Of a stretch of 64,000 nucleotides of DNA, positions 40,764 to 52,885 are shown piece by piece. The DNA comes from Callorhinchus milii (lineage: Eukaryota). Both the position numbers and the translations under genes were made by a program. Below the pieces are notes generated by a model, which was not told the origin of the DNA, did not search any database, and worked only from the letters and a program-made list of their open reading frames with translations. Each line of letters starts with the position of its first letter. The first letter of the stretch is position 1. Location: the NCBI RefSeq assembly GCF_018977255.1, contig NW_024704742.1, positions 81,284,001 through 81,348,000 of the forward strand. Reading direction: 5' to 3'.

Positions 40764-41190
40764 TTCAAGATCCTCATCCTCACCTACAAGGCCATTCACG
40801 GCCTTGCTCCCTCCTACCTCTCTGACCTACTATCCCCCTACCTACCCTCCCTTCCTCTGGCTCCGGTCTGCTCCACATCCCCCGCCCCAACCGCCCTACC
40901 ATCGGTGGCCGGGCCTTCAGCCTCTCAGCCCCGAGGCTCTGGAACTCTATCCCCCAGTGCCTTCGCCGCCTCCTCCCTTTCCTCCTTCAAGGCCGGTCTC
41001 AAGACCTTTCTCTTTGACCGTGCCTTCAGCTCCCCTCTCGACTCTCTACCCCCCTCCTCGCTCCCTCCCTTCCCTCCCCTCACTCTGAGCATTTCCCCCC
41101 TGCTCGGGTCCTGACCCAACTGTACAGCGCCTTGGGACGTCCTCCCGACGTGAAAGGCGCTCTATAAATGGAATCTTGTTGTTGTTGTTG
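40764..41190 (+). mobile_element. L2 3' fragment (young family) inserted in a CT-rich tract
   Basis: Near-identical to the 3' end of 16468-17567; tail gggacgtcctcccgacgtgaaaggcgctctataaat(..ttg)n. Confidence 0.9.
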
Positions 41191-41483
41191 ACTGCCCCCC
41201 TCTCACACTTTGCCCCCATTTTGCTCACATTCTGACCCGTCTTGCTCCCTCACATACACCTGCCCACTCTCTTTCAATCTCTAGCCCTTTCTCTCAAAAT
41301 GTTCTCTCTCTCACACACACACATTGTGCCTCTCTCATACTATTCCCTCTCTAGCTCTATCCCTCTCTCACACACTCTGCCTCACTCTGCTCTCTCTCTC
41401 TCCCTCCCACGCACACACATATCTTTCTCTCACATACAAATACTCAATTATTGTTTTCCATAGTTTGGCATGATCTGAAAATA

Positions 41484-41559
41484 TTAACCCAACACCAACG
41501 GGGCCACAAATACCACATCTGAACATGTGCTATTTGTGGCCCCGTTGGTGTTGGGTTAA
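41484..41559. mobile_element. TTAA-flanked 68-bp palindromic piggyBac-type MITE
   Basis: TTAA-CCC...GGG-TTAA; 29-bp perfect inverted arms 41484-41512 / 41531-41559 including the TTAA. Confidence 0.75.
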
Positions 41560-41660
41560 CATTCAGCAAGACATTCCTGTAATCTCTTGCCCTTGTGTTA
41601 AGTGTGGTTAAACACCCAAGGAAAAGGCTATGCTTAATGATTAAGCTCTTCTCTTTGCAG

Positions 41661-41854
41661 GTAAAATCGAGAAGCTTAAATCCAGCCCACCCTCGCCCAC
41701 TACAGAAGCCCCGGTAACATCACCCCAACCAGATCCCACACCTCAAGAGCTGGATGGTTCAGGACAGACCCGCTCGAGGGGGCTGATGGAGACACTGATG
41801 GAGGACTTTGAGATGGAGAAGGTTAAACGGCGGGAGAAACGGGATCAACCCAAT
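41661..41854 (+). CDS. AKAP2: AKAP2 internal coding exon (G|KIEKLKSSPPSPTTE...LMETLMEDFEMEKVKRREKRDQPN)
   Basis: Acceptor ctcttctctttgcag, donor AAT|gtaagg. Phase 1 start joins 32674. Translation resembles human GKIEKVKPPPSPTTE...LMQTLMEDYE. Not in the ORF track. Confidence 0.93.
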
Positions 41855-42214
41855 GTAAGGAACAGGGAATATTTATGCTGATAGTGTCGCAGGTGATAGT
41901 GTTGGGAATTAAAATAGTGTTACAAGTAACGCAGGCAGATAAAGCATTGTAGACCTGATCATGCTCTGAAACTGGTCCACTGACACTGATCTCGAGGTAC
42001 ATGTCGGTCCAGGAGACTAGGTGGAACCAGCAGAGAGTCGGTCAGATCCGGACTCCACCACTGTCACCTGGTGAACCAGGAATATCACACTGATGCCACT
42101 CGCTCAGGTATGACATTTTAGTGTAGCCAACTTATATCAGCAATCATTTCCATTCAGACTCAAAGGAGTTTCTTTACATAAGCACAGAAAAAAGTTAGCC
42201 AACAGGCGCATGAT

Positions 42215-42610
42215 AGAAACGAAAACAAAAGTTACTGGGAAGACTCAGCAGGTCAGGCAGCATCTATGGAGAAAGGAAAGTGAGTCAATGTTTCGGGTCC
42301 ACAACCCTTCGTCAGAACTGGAGCATGTTGGGAGGGAGAGGCTTTTAAGGACTAACAGAGAGGGGGGAGGCAGGGCAAGGAAGACAAAGGAAAAAATAAG
42401 GTAGAAGACAGGGTTAAAGAGGTGTTAATGATGCAAAACAAAGGGGGAGATTTCAACAAAACAGGCAGACCAGAGAGAGAAAAGGTGTGTCTGGGACCCA
42501 GGTGATGTGGTAATGGTCACAGAAGAGGGGTGGGGGGTGGAAGGTAAGCTATTATGATTTGAAATTGTTGAAATTGATATTGAGGCCAGAGGGCGGTAAG
42601 GTTCCTTGCA
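42215..42610. mobile_element. Penelope-like element fragment
   Basis: actcagcaggtcaggcagcatctatggaga...gtttcgggtc..cccttcgtcagaact terminal motif, recalled from shark Penelope-type repeats. Contains a hammerhead core on the minus strand. Confidence 0.6.
42283..42319 (-). ncRNA. Degenerate minimal hammerhead ribozyme motif (Penelope type)
   Basis: Minus strand reads AGTT-CTGACGA-AGGGT-TGTGG-ACCC-GAAA-CATT-GACT. Confidence 0.55.
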
Positions 42611-43696
42611 GCGCATGATAGACCCCTTTTGTTGACTTGAAGCACACCCTGGTCAGCTTCAGCGTGGCAGGCCATGCGGAAAACAGCTCTCAGGACATTA
42701 ACCTATTTACTTACCAACACGAGTGGGATAATCCATGTGAAATATTACCAATGAATAACCAAAAGCACAGCAGTGGGCACGTGGATTACGGTCTAATCCT
42801 AGTGAGCAGCCACTCTACAGCAGCAAGAGAGGTTTGGAATCACTCTGTCTCTGGCAGGGTCCTGCCAAACTACTTTCAACTGTTTCAGCTCTCGCTATGA
42901 GCTTGCGATGTTCTCATGCTTTTGGAGAGGTGCAACGATTATCAAAATTCTTTGGCAAGAGTTGCCTCGTGGACAGTTAAGCATCTCTCGAGCAGTGTTG
43001 TCCAATACAAATTGCTGACTAGCCAGAAGCAACACCATTTTAGCCACTGAACAAACTCACAAAAAGGTCAAATACACATGTACACGCCATACGAATATTA
43101 GTATTGATATTGCATGCCCAGCAACGGTGTCTATCACTCACACTCATTTTTAAATTACTAATAAAAATGTAATTTTGCCACATCTGGATTACAATTTGCC
43201 ACATGTGATGCATTGGACAAGCCTGCTCCAGAACAACGGAACCAAATTGTCAGTGAGGAAATGGAAGCAAAAAGTGCTGCGTTGAGCACCCAAAAAGGGG
43301 AAACGTGCAAAAATCTGACTGAGGAAATAAGAGCAATATTAGCATCCTGACCTAAATTATCTTGTGCTTCCTGGCTGCAGGTAAGTTAGTTATCATCTCA
43401 TAGTTTGTCAGGTCATCAAAGGAGGTCTAGTGAAAATAATTTTTTCTATGCAGTAGTATCGCTGAACATACATGTTCTTCAGTGAATAAATTAAGGAAGA
43501 TTTTTCCGATGCTTTTCTGCCATTGTAATGTCCCCCTGTTTTACGTGGTACATACAGGTGGAGTAATCCGCACGGAAGGAGAAACCCAGGAAAGTGAGTT
43601 TGAAAGGGGCAATGACTCAAATTCTGATTAGTTGACCCAATAATCAATTCCTTTTTTCCTCATGAATTAACTACAAGCCTCTGTAATGGTTGCACC

Positions 43697-43698
<2 letters not shown>

Positions 43699-43733
<35 letters not shown>
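43699..43733. repeat. (CT)n microsatellite
   Basis: Pure CT run. Confidence 0.95.
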
Positions 43734-43735
<2 letters not shown>

Positions 43736-44561
43736 GCTTCTTCTTTTAACTCACTCATTGATTCCAGCCATTCCTGGTGGTACTGCCTGGTACCCAAATG
43801 TGTGACCAAGTAATCAACCCTGCCGGACCACCGCATCACCCGGCGGTACTCGTAGGCTGACATACTTACCCCCTCCTCCACTCCACCCTGTGCTTCCTGA
43901 TTTACGTGCTATTAACAAAAGAATCATTTCACCCAGGCTGAAGGAGATGAGAATAACCCTGGAGCAACGTGTTTCACAAGGAACAAAGTTAGAGGTCCTC
44001 ATTGGGCTGTTGTAAGTGGGTTATTCTAAGTGTACTCCTGTGACTCCCATACTCTTGTCATTGCTAATACCTCATGCACTAAATGAGAGAGCAAGCAAAC
44101 TAAAATTGCAAAGTGAAACGGTGACCAGCATGAAATAGCCCATGTCATTCCCAGGGTAGATATTCTGAGTGTTCTGTGTTGATGTCCAATTGGTTTCACT
44201 GTCAGCATGTGTTTCTTTGGTAGCCAGGCAGCAGCCGTGGTCAGGAGCTGCTACGACAGCTGATTCTGTTCCTGATGGAGCGGAGACACCGAGCGATCTG
44301 ACTGTTCATATTCAGATTTACCGTGACAATGAATGTGTTTGCTCCAGTCTCCATGTGGTAAAGTGATGGCTTTCAGCAGGTTCAGTAGCACTCCTTCAAC
44401 TGCAGCATTGGAACACAAATTTCTGTGCTGTAAATTTACATGGAAGCAGAGAGACTGACATTATGTCACTCACTGTTCATTCAGTCACGATCACAAGGGA
44501 GCTTGCCACATAGGAATTGCTGGGCGAAAAAGACCAAGGTCCATCTAGTTCACCCTCTACG

Positions 44562-44891
44562 ACAACAACAAGATTGCATTTATAGAGCGCCTTTCACGTC
44601 GGGAGGACGTCCCAAGGCGCTGGACAGTTGGGTCGGGACCCGAGCAGGGGGGAAATGGTCAGGGTGAGAGGAGGGAAGGGAGGGAGCGAGGAGGGGGTAG
44701 AGAGTTGAGAGGGGAGTTGAAGGCACGGTTGAAGAGAAAGGTCTTGAGACCTTGAGGTTAGGGCGGGGGATGTGGAGCAGACCGGAGCCAGAGGAACGGA
44801 GGGTACGGGCAGTTAAGTAGAGGGATAGTAGGTCGGAGAGGTAGGAGGGAGCAAGGCCGTGAATGGCCTTGTAGGTGAGGATGAGGATCTT
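44562..44891 (-). mobile_element. L2 3' fragment (young family, internally deleted)
   Basis: Reverse complement of the same tail and body. Confidence 0.85.
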
Positions 44892-45187
44892 CTACCATCG
44901 TGGTAGTCGCATGCTACAATAATGGAGATGTTGATAGCAATTAATTCTGTTTTTTTCCGTTCATTAGTTTGATCCGATTCTCCCAATGATCTCACATCTG
45001 TGAAGCATGTTCTCTCCCCAGCACTGGACCTTTCGCAAACATTGCCCACAGGGGGCGGTCAAGCACACAAATTGGTGGAAAACATGGAGGGGGGTGTCAT
45101 TTTCAGTATTTAATAATTTAATCCCAACGTTCATTATCACCACAAATTACGAGCTTTTGTTTGAAACTCACATTGTTAGATTAACAT

Positions 45188-45509
45188 TAATAATAATAAT
45201 CCTTGCATTTTTGATATAGCACTTTTCACGTCGGGAGGATGTCCCAAAGCGCTTCACAGAACACACTGTAAAGTGAATTGACTGTATATTTGTGGGCAAA
45301 CGCGGCAGCCAATTGCACACAGCAATGTCCCACAAACAGTCGTAGATTGAAAATGACCAATTTATCATTTTTTGGGGTTTTGGAGGGATTATTATTAGGC
45401 TCTGTGTGGAGTAAGGAAACTTGCCCAAGATTTCGCCCTCTGCCTGGAATTGAACTCAGGTCTCTCACTTGCAAAGCGAGTGCTCTAACCACTGAGCTAC
45501 AGGACTCCA
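45188..45509 (-). mobile_element. Same SINE family, full length
   Basis: Reverse complement match from head to tail. Confidence 0.9.
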
Positions 45510-47049
45510 AACACAATGTAATGCAATATATGACCACTAGAGAGTCCCATAAGCCCAGTTATGGGGCAAAGTGCTGCTCTGTACTGAGGCTGGATCTCAG
45601 ATACATTGTTAGAGCGAAGTGGAGCCTGAATTGTTATTATTATCTGAACTGCAGGGTAACTCACCTTAGAGTTGGTAGCTTGATAATTACTGCCAGATTA
45701 CAGTAATACCCCATGTGCTCCATTCATATGAACCACTGTTTAAAAAGCAAGATTGCGGCCTCTTTCTCATGATTTACGTACACTGGACCTCAACAAACTC
45801 TGATTGATGTGCTCTTTCAACGACTTTTATTCAATGCCACTTTGTTCCTTTGCTCAGTTTCCCCATTTAACATAAATGTTTGTGTCTCTGACGTTCCCCT
45901 AATGCCACAGAGCTGCTCAGAGAGGATGCAGGAGGATGTCTCAAGATCACATCTCAACATGTGGCCATGTACCACTTTACAACCCAGCCTACGATAAGCC
46001 AGTACAAAGAATGTGCCATCTTTAGTTTGTGTAATGCTGTCTGCCTGATTTACACACCTAATCCCTTCCCAAAGTGACAAACAATGATCCTTTATTTCAA
46101 CCCCTGAGGTGACAAATTTGAAATGAAGCAGAAGTGAATAAGAAACACTTTGATGCGGCTGGGGATTTGCCAAACCAGTGTTTGTACTATTGAGCAAGGT
46201 GGAAGTCAGAGCTGTGGCAATCACTGGCATGGACAAAATCTCTTCACGCACTCACTGGCCTTCTCGTTCATTACTGTGTTAGATCCACTACCCGCCAATC
46301 CGTTTTGTTGTCTTCCCCACTTGCGCTGTTAGATGATCTTAGTCTACGTGACCGTAAGAGGTCCTGCCATTGTCTCAAGTAGGGAGAAGAGAATTATCCA
46401 GGGTTCAAGCTCCTGTTCATTGTTCATTGACATGTTAAACCTTGAGTCAAACAGCCAGCCAACATTCACTGTCAAGGCATGAGTGATGATTGGGCACTGG
46501 AGAGCGATCAGTGCCCAATGTAAAAAGAAAAGAGTGAAACACCTTTGGGGGAAATGGGGGTGAGAAAATGAGCGAGAGAAAGAAAAACATATTGTTTGTA
46601 AAGCATTAAAGTGCGAATTACCAAATTTAGAAAGAATATGGCAATTGGTCATAGAGGCAGTGAAGCAAAGGATTGTAAGAATTAGAAGACCCAATATTTA
46701 ATTCATGTGTCCGTGTGTATGTATGCAGTTAGGATGGAGGGTGGGGTTAGTAGGGCTATGTTAAGACAGTTACAGAGTTGTTCTGAATTGACACTTCACT
46801 GAATGCTTGAATTTCTGTTGTATCTCTTTGATCTTCATTGTATGCATGAAGTGTTCCATTCATTCAAAGGAATATAGTTCAGTATATCAGAAAACAATGA
46901 TAAGAAGCATGGCAGGATTATTTAAAAGTGTAGGATCCAAGGGTCTGGATCTTTTTGAAAGCTGGATGTTCAAGAGGAGCCATAAGATAAACAAAGTAAC
47001 CTGTGAGCTTGACAGGCGTTCACTCTAAAGGGAGGGTAACAACGTTTAA

Positions 47050-47196
<147 letters not shown>

Positions 47197-50079
47197 TCCT
47201 TCCACCAGGCAATCAGAAACACAGGAAAGGTCAAGGAGTTTGCTCAAAGGACAATCAAACGCAGCATATTTATTCATGCAAAGCCAAGCTGTGCTTCCTG
47301 CGGAAACGAAACTGTAGAAGCCATCTTTATGAACATAACCGGACCATGTACGAAGAGAAGCTTCTGCATTTTCTTAATATTCAAACAGATACTGCAAAAA
47401 TTAAATATCCCCCAAAAATAATTCCATGACAGTCACTGGCAGTTGTGAAGAGTCAATAGCTTGTGTATAAATACTACAAACACCCCTTTTGGTCCATCTG
47501 CATAGGCTATGCTTCACTGCACTGCTGGTCACTACCACTGCTGGTGGTGTTAACTTCCCTGTACACAGGCATAGGCAGCTTGCAAAAATGTCATGCTTTT
47601 TTTTCTGGAAAATAATTGTTCTTGCTTACACCTGGGATGAAGCTGGGAATGGGAGACGCATTGATGCAGCCTTCATCTTCAAAGATTGCATGGTGTGCTG
47701 TGTGTACATTGAGTTATTGGCACATCCATTGTCCTGTTAACTGCAAATTATTCATAGACCTAACTGTTCTTTGGTGCATATCCATGATCTGTCTGGCTGC
47801 GGTCATTTACACAGCAGAGACATCGGTAACATAAATAACAGTTGAAATCCACGCCATTGAGAAACAGTATTTTGTTAATTTATTGCAATGAGTATGGGCA
47901 CGATATTGAAAATCAAGGAAAAACAGGACAATCTTTTTACCACTACGGGACTGTGTAACAGAAGTGCGAGTCTGTTCGAAGGGTTAGGAGGTTAAGAGGA
48001 ATGTGAGCAGGACAGGTGGAACAATATTCATGCCTTAGGCAACAATCAGCCCAAATAGCCAAAACATATCTTTTACACGTCACTTCACTAAACTTGTGTA
48101 CGGTTGACGATGGATTCCCTTCCTACCCCCCCTCCCCTTCCCCCTTTCCTGGTGAAGTCACACCCTTAGTTGTGGTTTTTTCTGAACATGCCCAACTTAA
48201 AGGCAAACTATCAGTGTGCTGCACTGTTTAAAAGCATAAACAGATAAAGCCCAGTCTGTCACAACAATGGGTCATCTGCATCCCACATGTGCAGTGCAGG
48301 TATCATTTTCTATTGTTACTTCCGCCTCTCTGCCAATGCTGAGAGGCAAACATAGCAATAGGAAATGGCAGAAAAAAAAGGAACTCCTTCCACAGCTTAG
48401 AATGAGCAGTTGTTCATAGTCTCTGACTCACAGATCTCTATGTAGAAATATTTCCTAAAAAGCACTGAATTTTTTAAATCAATTGAACAAAAAAGGACAG
48501 TTGAAGTGAGCATGATACGGTATTTGCATGATTCCTAATAACTAGTGTTATTTTTTTCAGTGGGTAATAATTTTGACACTTAAGAAGAATTGTGGTATTT
48601 ATCCCTATGCTTTTTTAAAATACATTGACGATTGTTAAGTGGCAGGGAGTGAGGAGGGAGGGGGGAACGCTGTGCTAGTTTTATTTGACAAGCGTTTTCT
48701 CATTTTTAGCTTTTAATTTTCTTCTGTTAAAAAGGCAGCACAACTCAAATATTTTATATCCATCTGAAGGGTCTTGCTGTGGCCAGCTGGGTGGGCTGGT
48801 GATGTGCCAGTGCTGTGGTTGCATGTCATGCAGCTCCTAGTCTTTTCAGTACCTCATATGCATGTACTATTCTAATTGTAGGTAGAGTATTTGAATATAC
48901 GCTGCAAAGCGAAAAAGGAGCAGACTTGACTACTCCCATTTCATCTCCACCAAAGCATATTGAAGCCCTCACTACAGTAGACCAGATTATTCCTCAAGGT
49001 ATCAGAGAATGTAGTTTGTAGCCTGGCAGGACATTTCAGGGGTTAGTTGTTTAATTTTTTGTGTGTGTGATATGCAATTTGCTTTATGAAAAGTTATCCA
49101 TCAATAATCTAATGAGCCAACGATTTTGGTGTAGCATTGATCCTTATGGGACTGAGAGCCGAGCTAATTTTGCAAATGAAGATGAGGGGGAGGATTAATC
49201 CATCACACATTTGACTTTTTTTTATTATATGTATGTAGTATTCATTATTATGCATTGAGTATATGCTGTGTACCTGTGAGTAAACACATGTACAGTGTTA
49301 TGTTTTCAGTCATGTTTTTCTCACTTGCAATGTCATTTGTCACTAAGGTTTAGGCTGTGTATATCCTACAACCACACCATTCACTTATTTGTTGGTTTAG
49401 TTAACTCTAGCAATGTTTGCAGACTGACTGATGACTGATTGATGTACAGTATTTGGAGGCGGTTGAGTAATCTAAAGCTCTTTCACCACAAACCTCAGAG
49501 CCTGCTGTTAGCAAGAGTGAATTATTTTGCTGTTCAAGTGGAAGGTAATTACAGAGGTATTTCAGGTCTCAGCACTTACCTTTTGTATCCTGCATTGTTA
49601 ATATTACAACCATCTCGCATTCTAGAAAAACTCAAATTTAGGAGACTAAGATTTGAAGGTATCTGGTTTTAAGACCATTGTTGTCAAATTTCATATCCTG
49701 CAGAATTTTGGAAAATTCTTAAACTCAACTAAATTTCGAAACCTTCTTTTACAAGTTCTAAAATGAACTGAAGAAGGACAGATACAAAGTTATAACTGAA
49801 TTTAAGATTTTGCCAAAATTCTGTGAGCAGATCTGAAATTTTTAGATGGTGGTCTAAAGAATTAAACCAAGTTGAATTTCAGGCCCTAGAAAATGGACAT
49901 GCTCAGGTAAAGGGTAGTGTACTCATGCCCTGTGCATAACAGAAGAACTCCTCACTTCAGTTTTATGTTTAAAGATAGGAGGTTGGTGAATATTAAAGAT
50001 CCAGAACATTGAAGGGCTAAAAAGGATTAGAGGAACCGTTCCCTAATGTCTTTTTTGAAGGACCAGTCTTTTTTTTTAG

Positions 50080-50390
50080 GTGTGTGTGTGTGTATGACAG
50101 CCTGCAATATGGGTGATGCTCTGTTTATGTGACAGTCAATGTGCATATGAGGATGAGTGTGATGACTTGTGTGTTTGTGAGGGTCTGTGTGTGTGTGACA
50201 GTAACTGTGTGTATAGGGCCTGTGTGTATGAGTGTCTGTGTGTGTGACAGTCACTGTGTGGCAGAAGAGGGGTGGTGTATGTGATGATCACTGTGTGCAT
50301 GTGAGGGTCTGTTTATGTGTGAGTGTATGCATGTGATTGTGTGTATGTGATAGTCTTTGTGTGTGTGTGTGTGTGTTTAGTGTGTTGGGA
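50080..50390. repeat. (GT)-rich degenerate tandem repeat
   Basis: Repeated gtgtgtgacagtca.tgtg units. Confidence 0.8.
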
Positions 50391-51489
50391 GTGGGGGAGA
50401 GGAACAGGCTCATCCTGCTGTGTTCCAATGAAAATAGGTTCAGATCCTAGTCTCTGCTCATTGGTCACACCATTCATCCCTGTTATTATCCTAATATATC
50501 TCTTCTGCACCCTCTTTGTGGCCCTGAAATCCTTCCTAAAATGGAGTGACCTAAACAGGACACAATATTCTAACTGCGGTCTAACTAAAAATTTGCACAA
50601 GTTAAGCCTCACCATTTTGGTTTTGTATTCTATGGCAGTATTTGTGAGACCAAGGATCCATCCAACTTTCTTCACAACCCTGCCCACCTACTATCCTTCC
50701 CACCTATAAAGATTTACGGTCTGTAAAAGGTGGCATGAAAAGCAAGTTAAGTCAACTTGTGAGGTGTTAGCACCTCAAGGTGAAGACTGAAGTATCTGAA
50801 TTTTTTCATGATTGTAAGGCTAAGTCCATGAATTTCAAACCTGTGATGCTAACTACAGTCACGCCAGCACTCTGTAAAATTTTCAGTCCTGGTATTCCCA
50901 CACTGTGCAGACATTGTTGCATCATTGTCTTTCGTCAAGCTAGGTGTTAAATTAGCACCAATGTTTTATTGGTAGCAAAGCAAAAAGGGATAGCAATATA
51001 TTACACCCTCTTAGCGCAAGCATAAATAGTACAAAAATGCCTGGTTTACTGTGAGGCACTCACGCCACCAGGCAAAATGAATAGAATATTAAAGACCACT
51101 TTAAACCTACGTCAGCTCCTGCTCAGTTTTGAGGATTTGGCACATGATAAACCTAAAAGGTTTGTTTTCAGTTTGTTTACTGTGGGTTGTGTTGCCCTAA
51201 AAGCTTCTCTCGTCTTTGGCTTGATATTTTCTCAGCTAAATGGTCAGAACTGAGGTGAGTCCAGCTTCCATGGCACGTTTCTTCTCTTTGTCATCTACAG
51301 TGACTGAAGGAAAGCGAGTCTTTAGATCTGGTGGTTGAAGAATTTCACCACCTCCTACTTACAAATAATTCATGGTTCACAGTCTTGGAATGGAGAAAGA
51401 AATTTCACCATGGGCACAAATACATTTTGACACAATTGTCTAACCACTCTAAGGAATTGTTCAATTGCAGCAGGTAGGAAATAGGAACA

Positions 51490-51850
51490 ATTGTGAATGA
51501 TAATGTACGACATGTCTGGTAATGTGTGTGACAGTGTAGTGAGATAACATGTTAGAAGCAGAGTGTGTATAATAAAATAGGGAATATGTAATGATAGGGT
51601 GTGTGGTAGTGTCAGGTGTGTTATGGTGTACTGGATAATCTAGAATATGTTATAGTGTATGGTATATATGTGATAAAGGGTATAATGAAGAGTGGTACAA
51701 TGCAGAGTGTGTTGCAATATGGAGTATATGTGATAGCTTAGGATGTATTATAGGATACATGTGATAATATATAGTGTGATAATATAGGGCGTATGTTATT
51801 GTAGTGTGTAATAGGGTGTATTTGATAATGTAAGATGTTCTAATATTGGG
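51490..51850. repeat. Degenerate ~20-bp minisatellite (tgtgataatatagggtgta-like)
   Basis: C-poor periodic tract. Confidence 0.7.
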
Positions 51851-52169
51851 TATTAATCATTGACAGAAATCTCAGTCTTCAGTCAGTCAGGTAGGAATTC
51901 CTTTTTGATCAAACCTGCAATGACTCATTACATGACTGCTCCACCAGAATAGCTGGAAGCTGTTAAGGTTTTTGTTGGTAACGCCAAAGTATTGAAACCT
52001 TGTTTTTCTAGCACTCGTGTTATGAACTTTTATTATGTAGTTATCCACACAATGCCTAAACTTTATGGAATTATAAATATATTTTAAATTGAATATTGGC
52101 TTGGTATTTTTGTAAGGAGAGCTCCAATGGAGTACCAGAGATATATATCACTATGCAGGACTACGTTGC

Positions 52170-52175
52170 AATAAA
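52170..52175 (+). terminator. Candidate polyadenylation signal AATAAA
   Basis: gttgcAATAAAaactg followed by downstream attgtgtttattcaatctttgtgtcctcgtgtgtgg (GU/U-rich element). Confidence 0.6.
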
Positions 52176-52573
52176 AACTGGCTTTGCTTAATATTTCCCT
52201 ATTGTGTTTATTCAATCTTTGTGTCCTCGTGTGTGGAATGGTTCCACTTTTGTTTCACAGAGTTGAATACGAGAGGTGCACCCAAAGCCTAATGCAGAAA
52301 AATGTGTTCAAACCACCCAGCCTTTCATGTGTTTAATTTCATAATTTCCCTCCATTGACACATCGTGTTTCAAAAGCCTTAGCTCCAAAATACACCCCAA
52401 CTTCACTCTTAAATGTGCAAGAACACTGAGGAAGTCCTGTTGTTTCAGGAGACGCTTCCATTTTAGTTTGAGTCATACCAGTTGTCTCTCTCTGTTTGGA
52501 GAAATAATCCTTTAAATTTGATATTGCGTCTTTCATGTTAGGACATGTCCCAAAGTACCTCAAAGGATATATT

Positions 52574-52885
52574 GTGGAGTCCTGTAGCTCAGGGTTAGAG
52601 CACTTGCCTTGCAAGCAGAAGACCTCGGTTCGATTCCCGGCAGGGCGAAACCTTGGGCAAGTTTCCTTACTCCACGCTCTTGATAATAATCTCTCAAGAA
52701 AGAAACAATAATAAATTGGTCACTTCAATCCACGACTGTTTGTGAGACACTGCTGTGCGCAATTGGCTGCCACGTTTTGCTCACAAATATTCGGTCAATT
52801 CACTTTACAGTATATTCTGTGAAGTGCTTTGAGACGTCTAGAAGATGTGAAAAGCGCTATATCAAATGCAAGGATTATTATTATT
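52574..52885 (+). mobile_element. Same SINE family (short form, older tail loop)
   Basis: tRNA head, Deu-type body, tail gagacgtctagaagatgtg. Confidence 0.88.

Larger units (their letters stand above)
47197..52200 (+). other. AKAP2: Probable long 3'UTR of AKAP2
   Basis: Follows the stop codon. AT/U-rich and free of L2/SINE copies for about 2.4 kb, unlike the introns. Ends at AATAAA followed by a GT/T-rich tract. Confidence 0.55.

Noticed and set aside
51490..51850. Periodic array considered as CRISPR-like or coding
   Set aside because: Degenerate low-complexity minisatellite in a vertebrate context, with no constant repeat and unique spacer structure.
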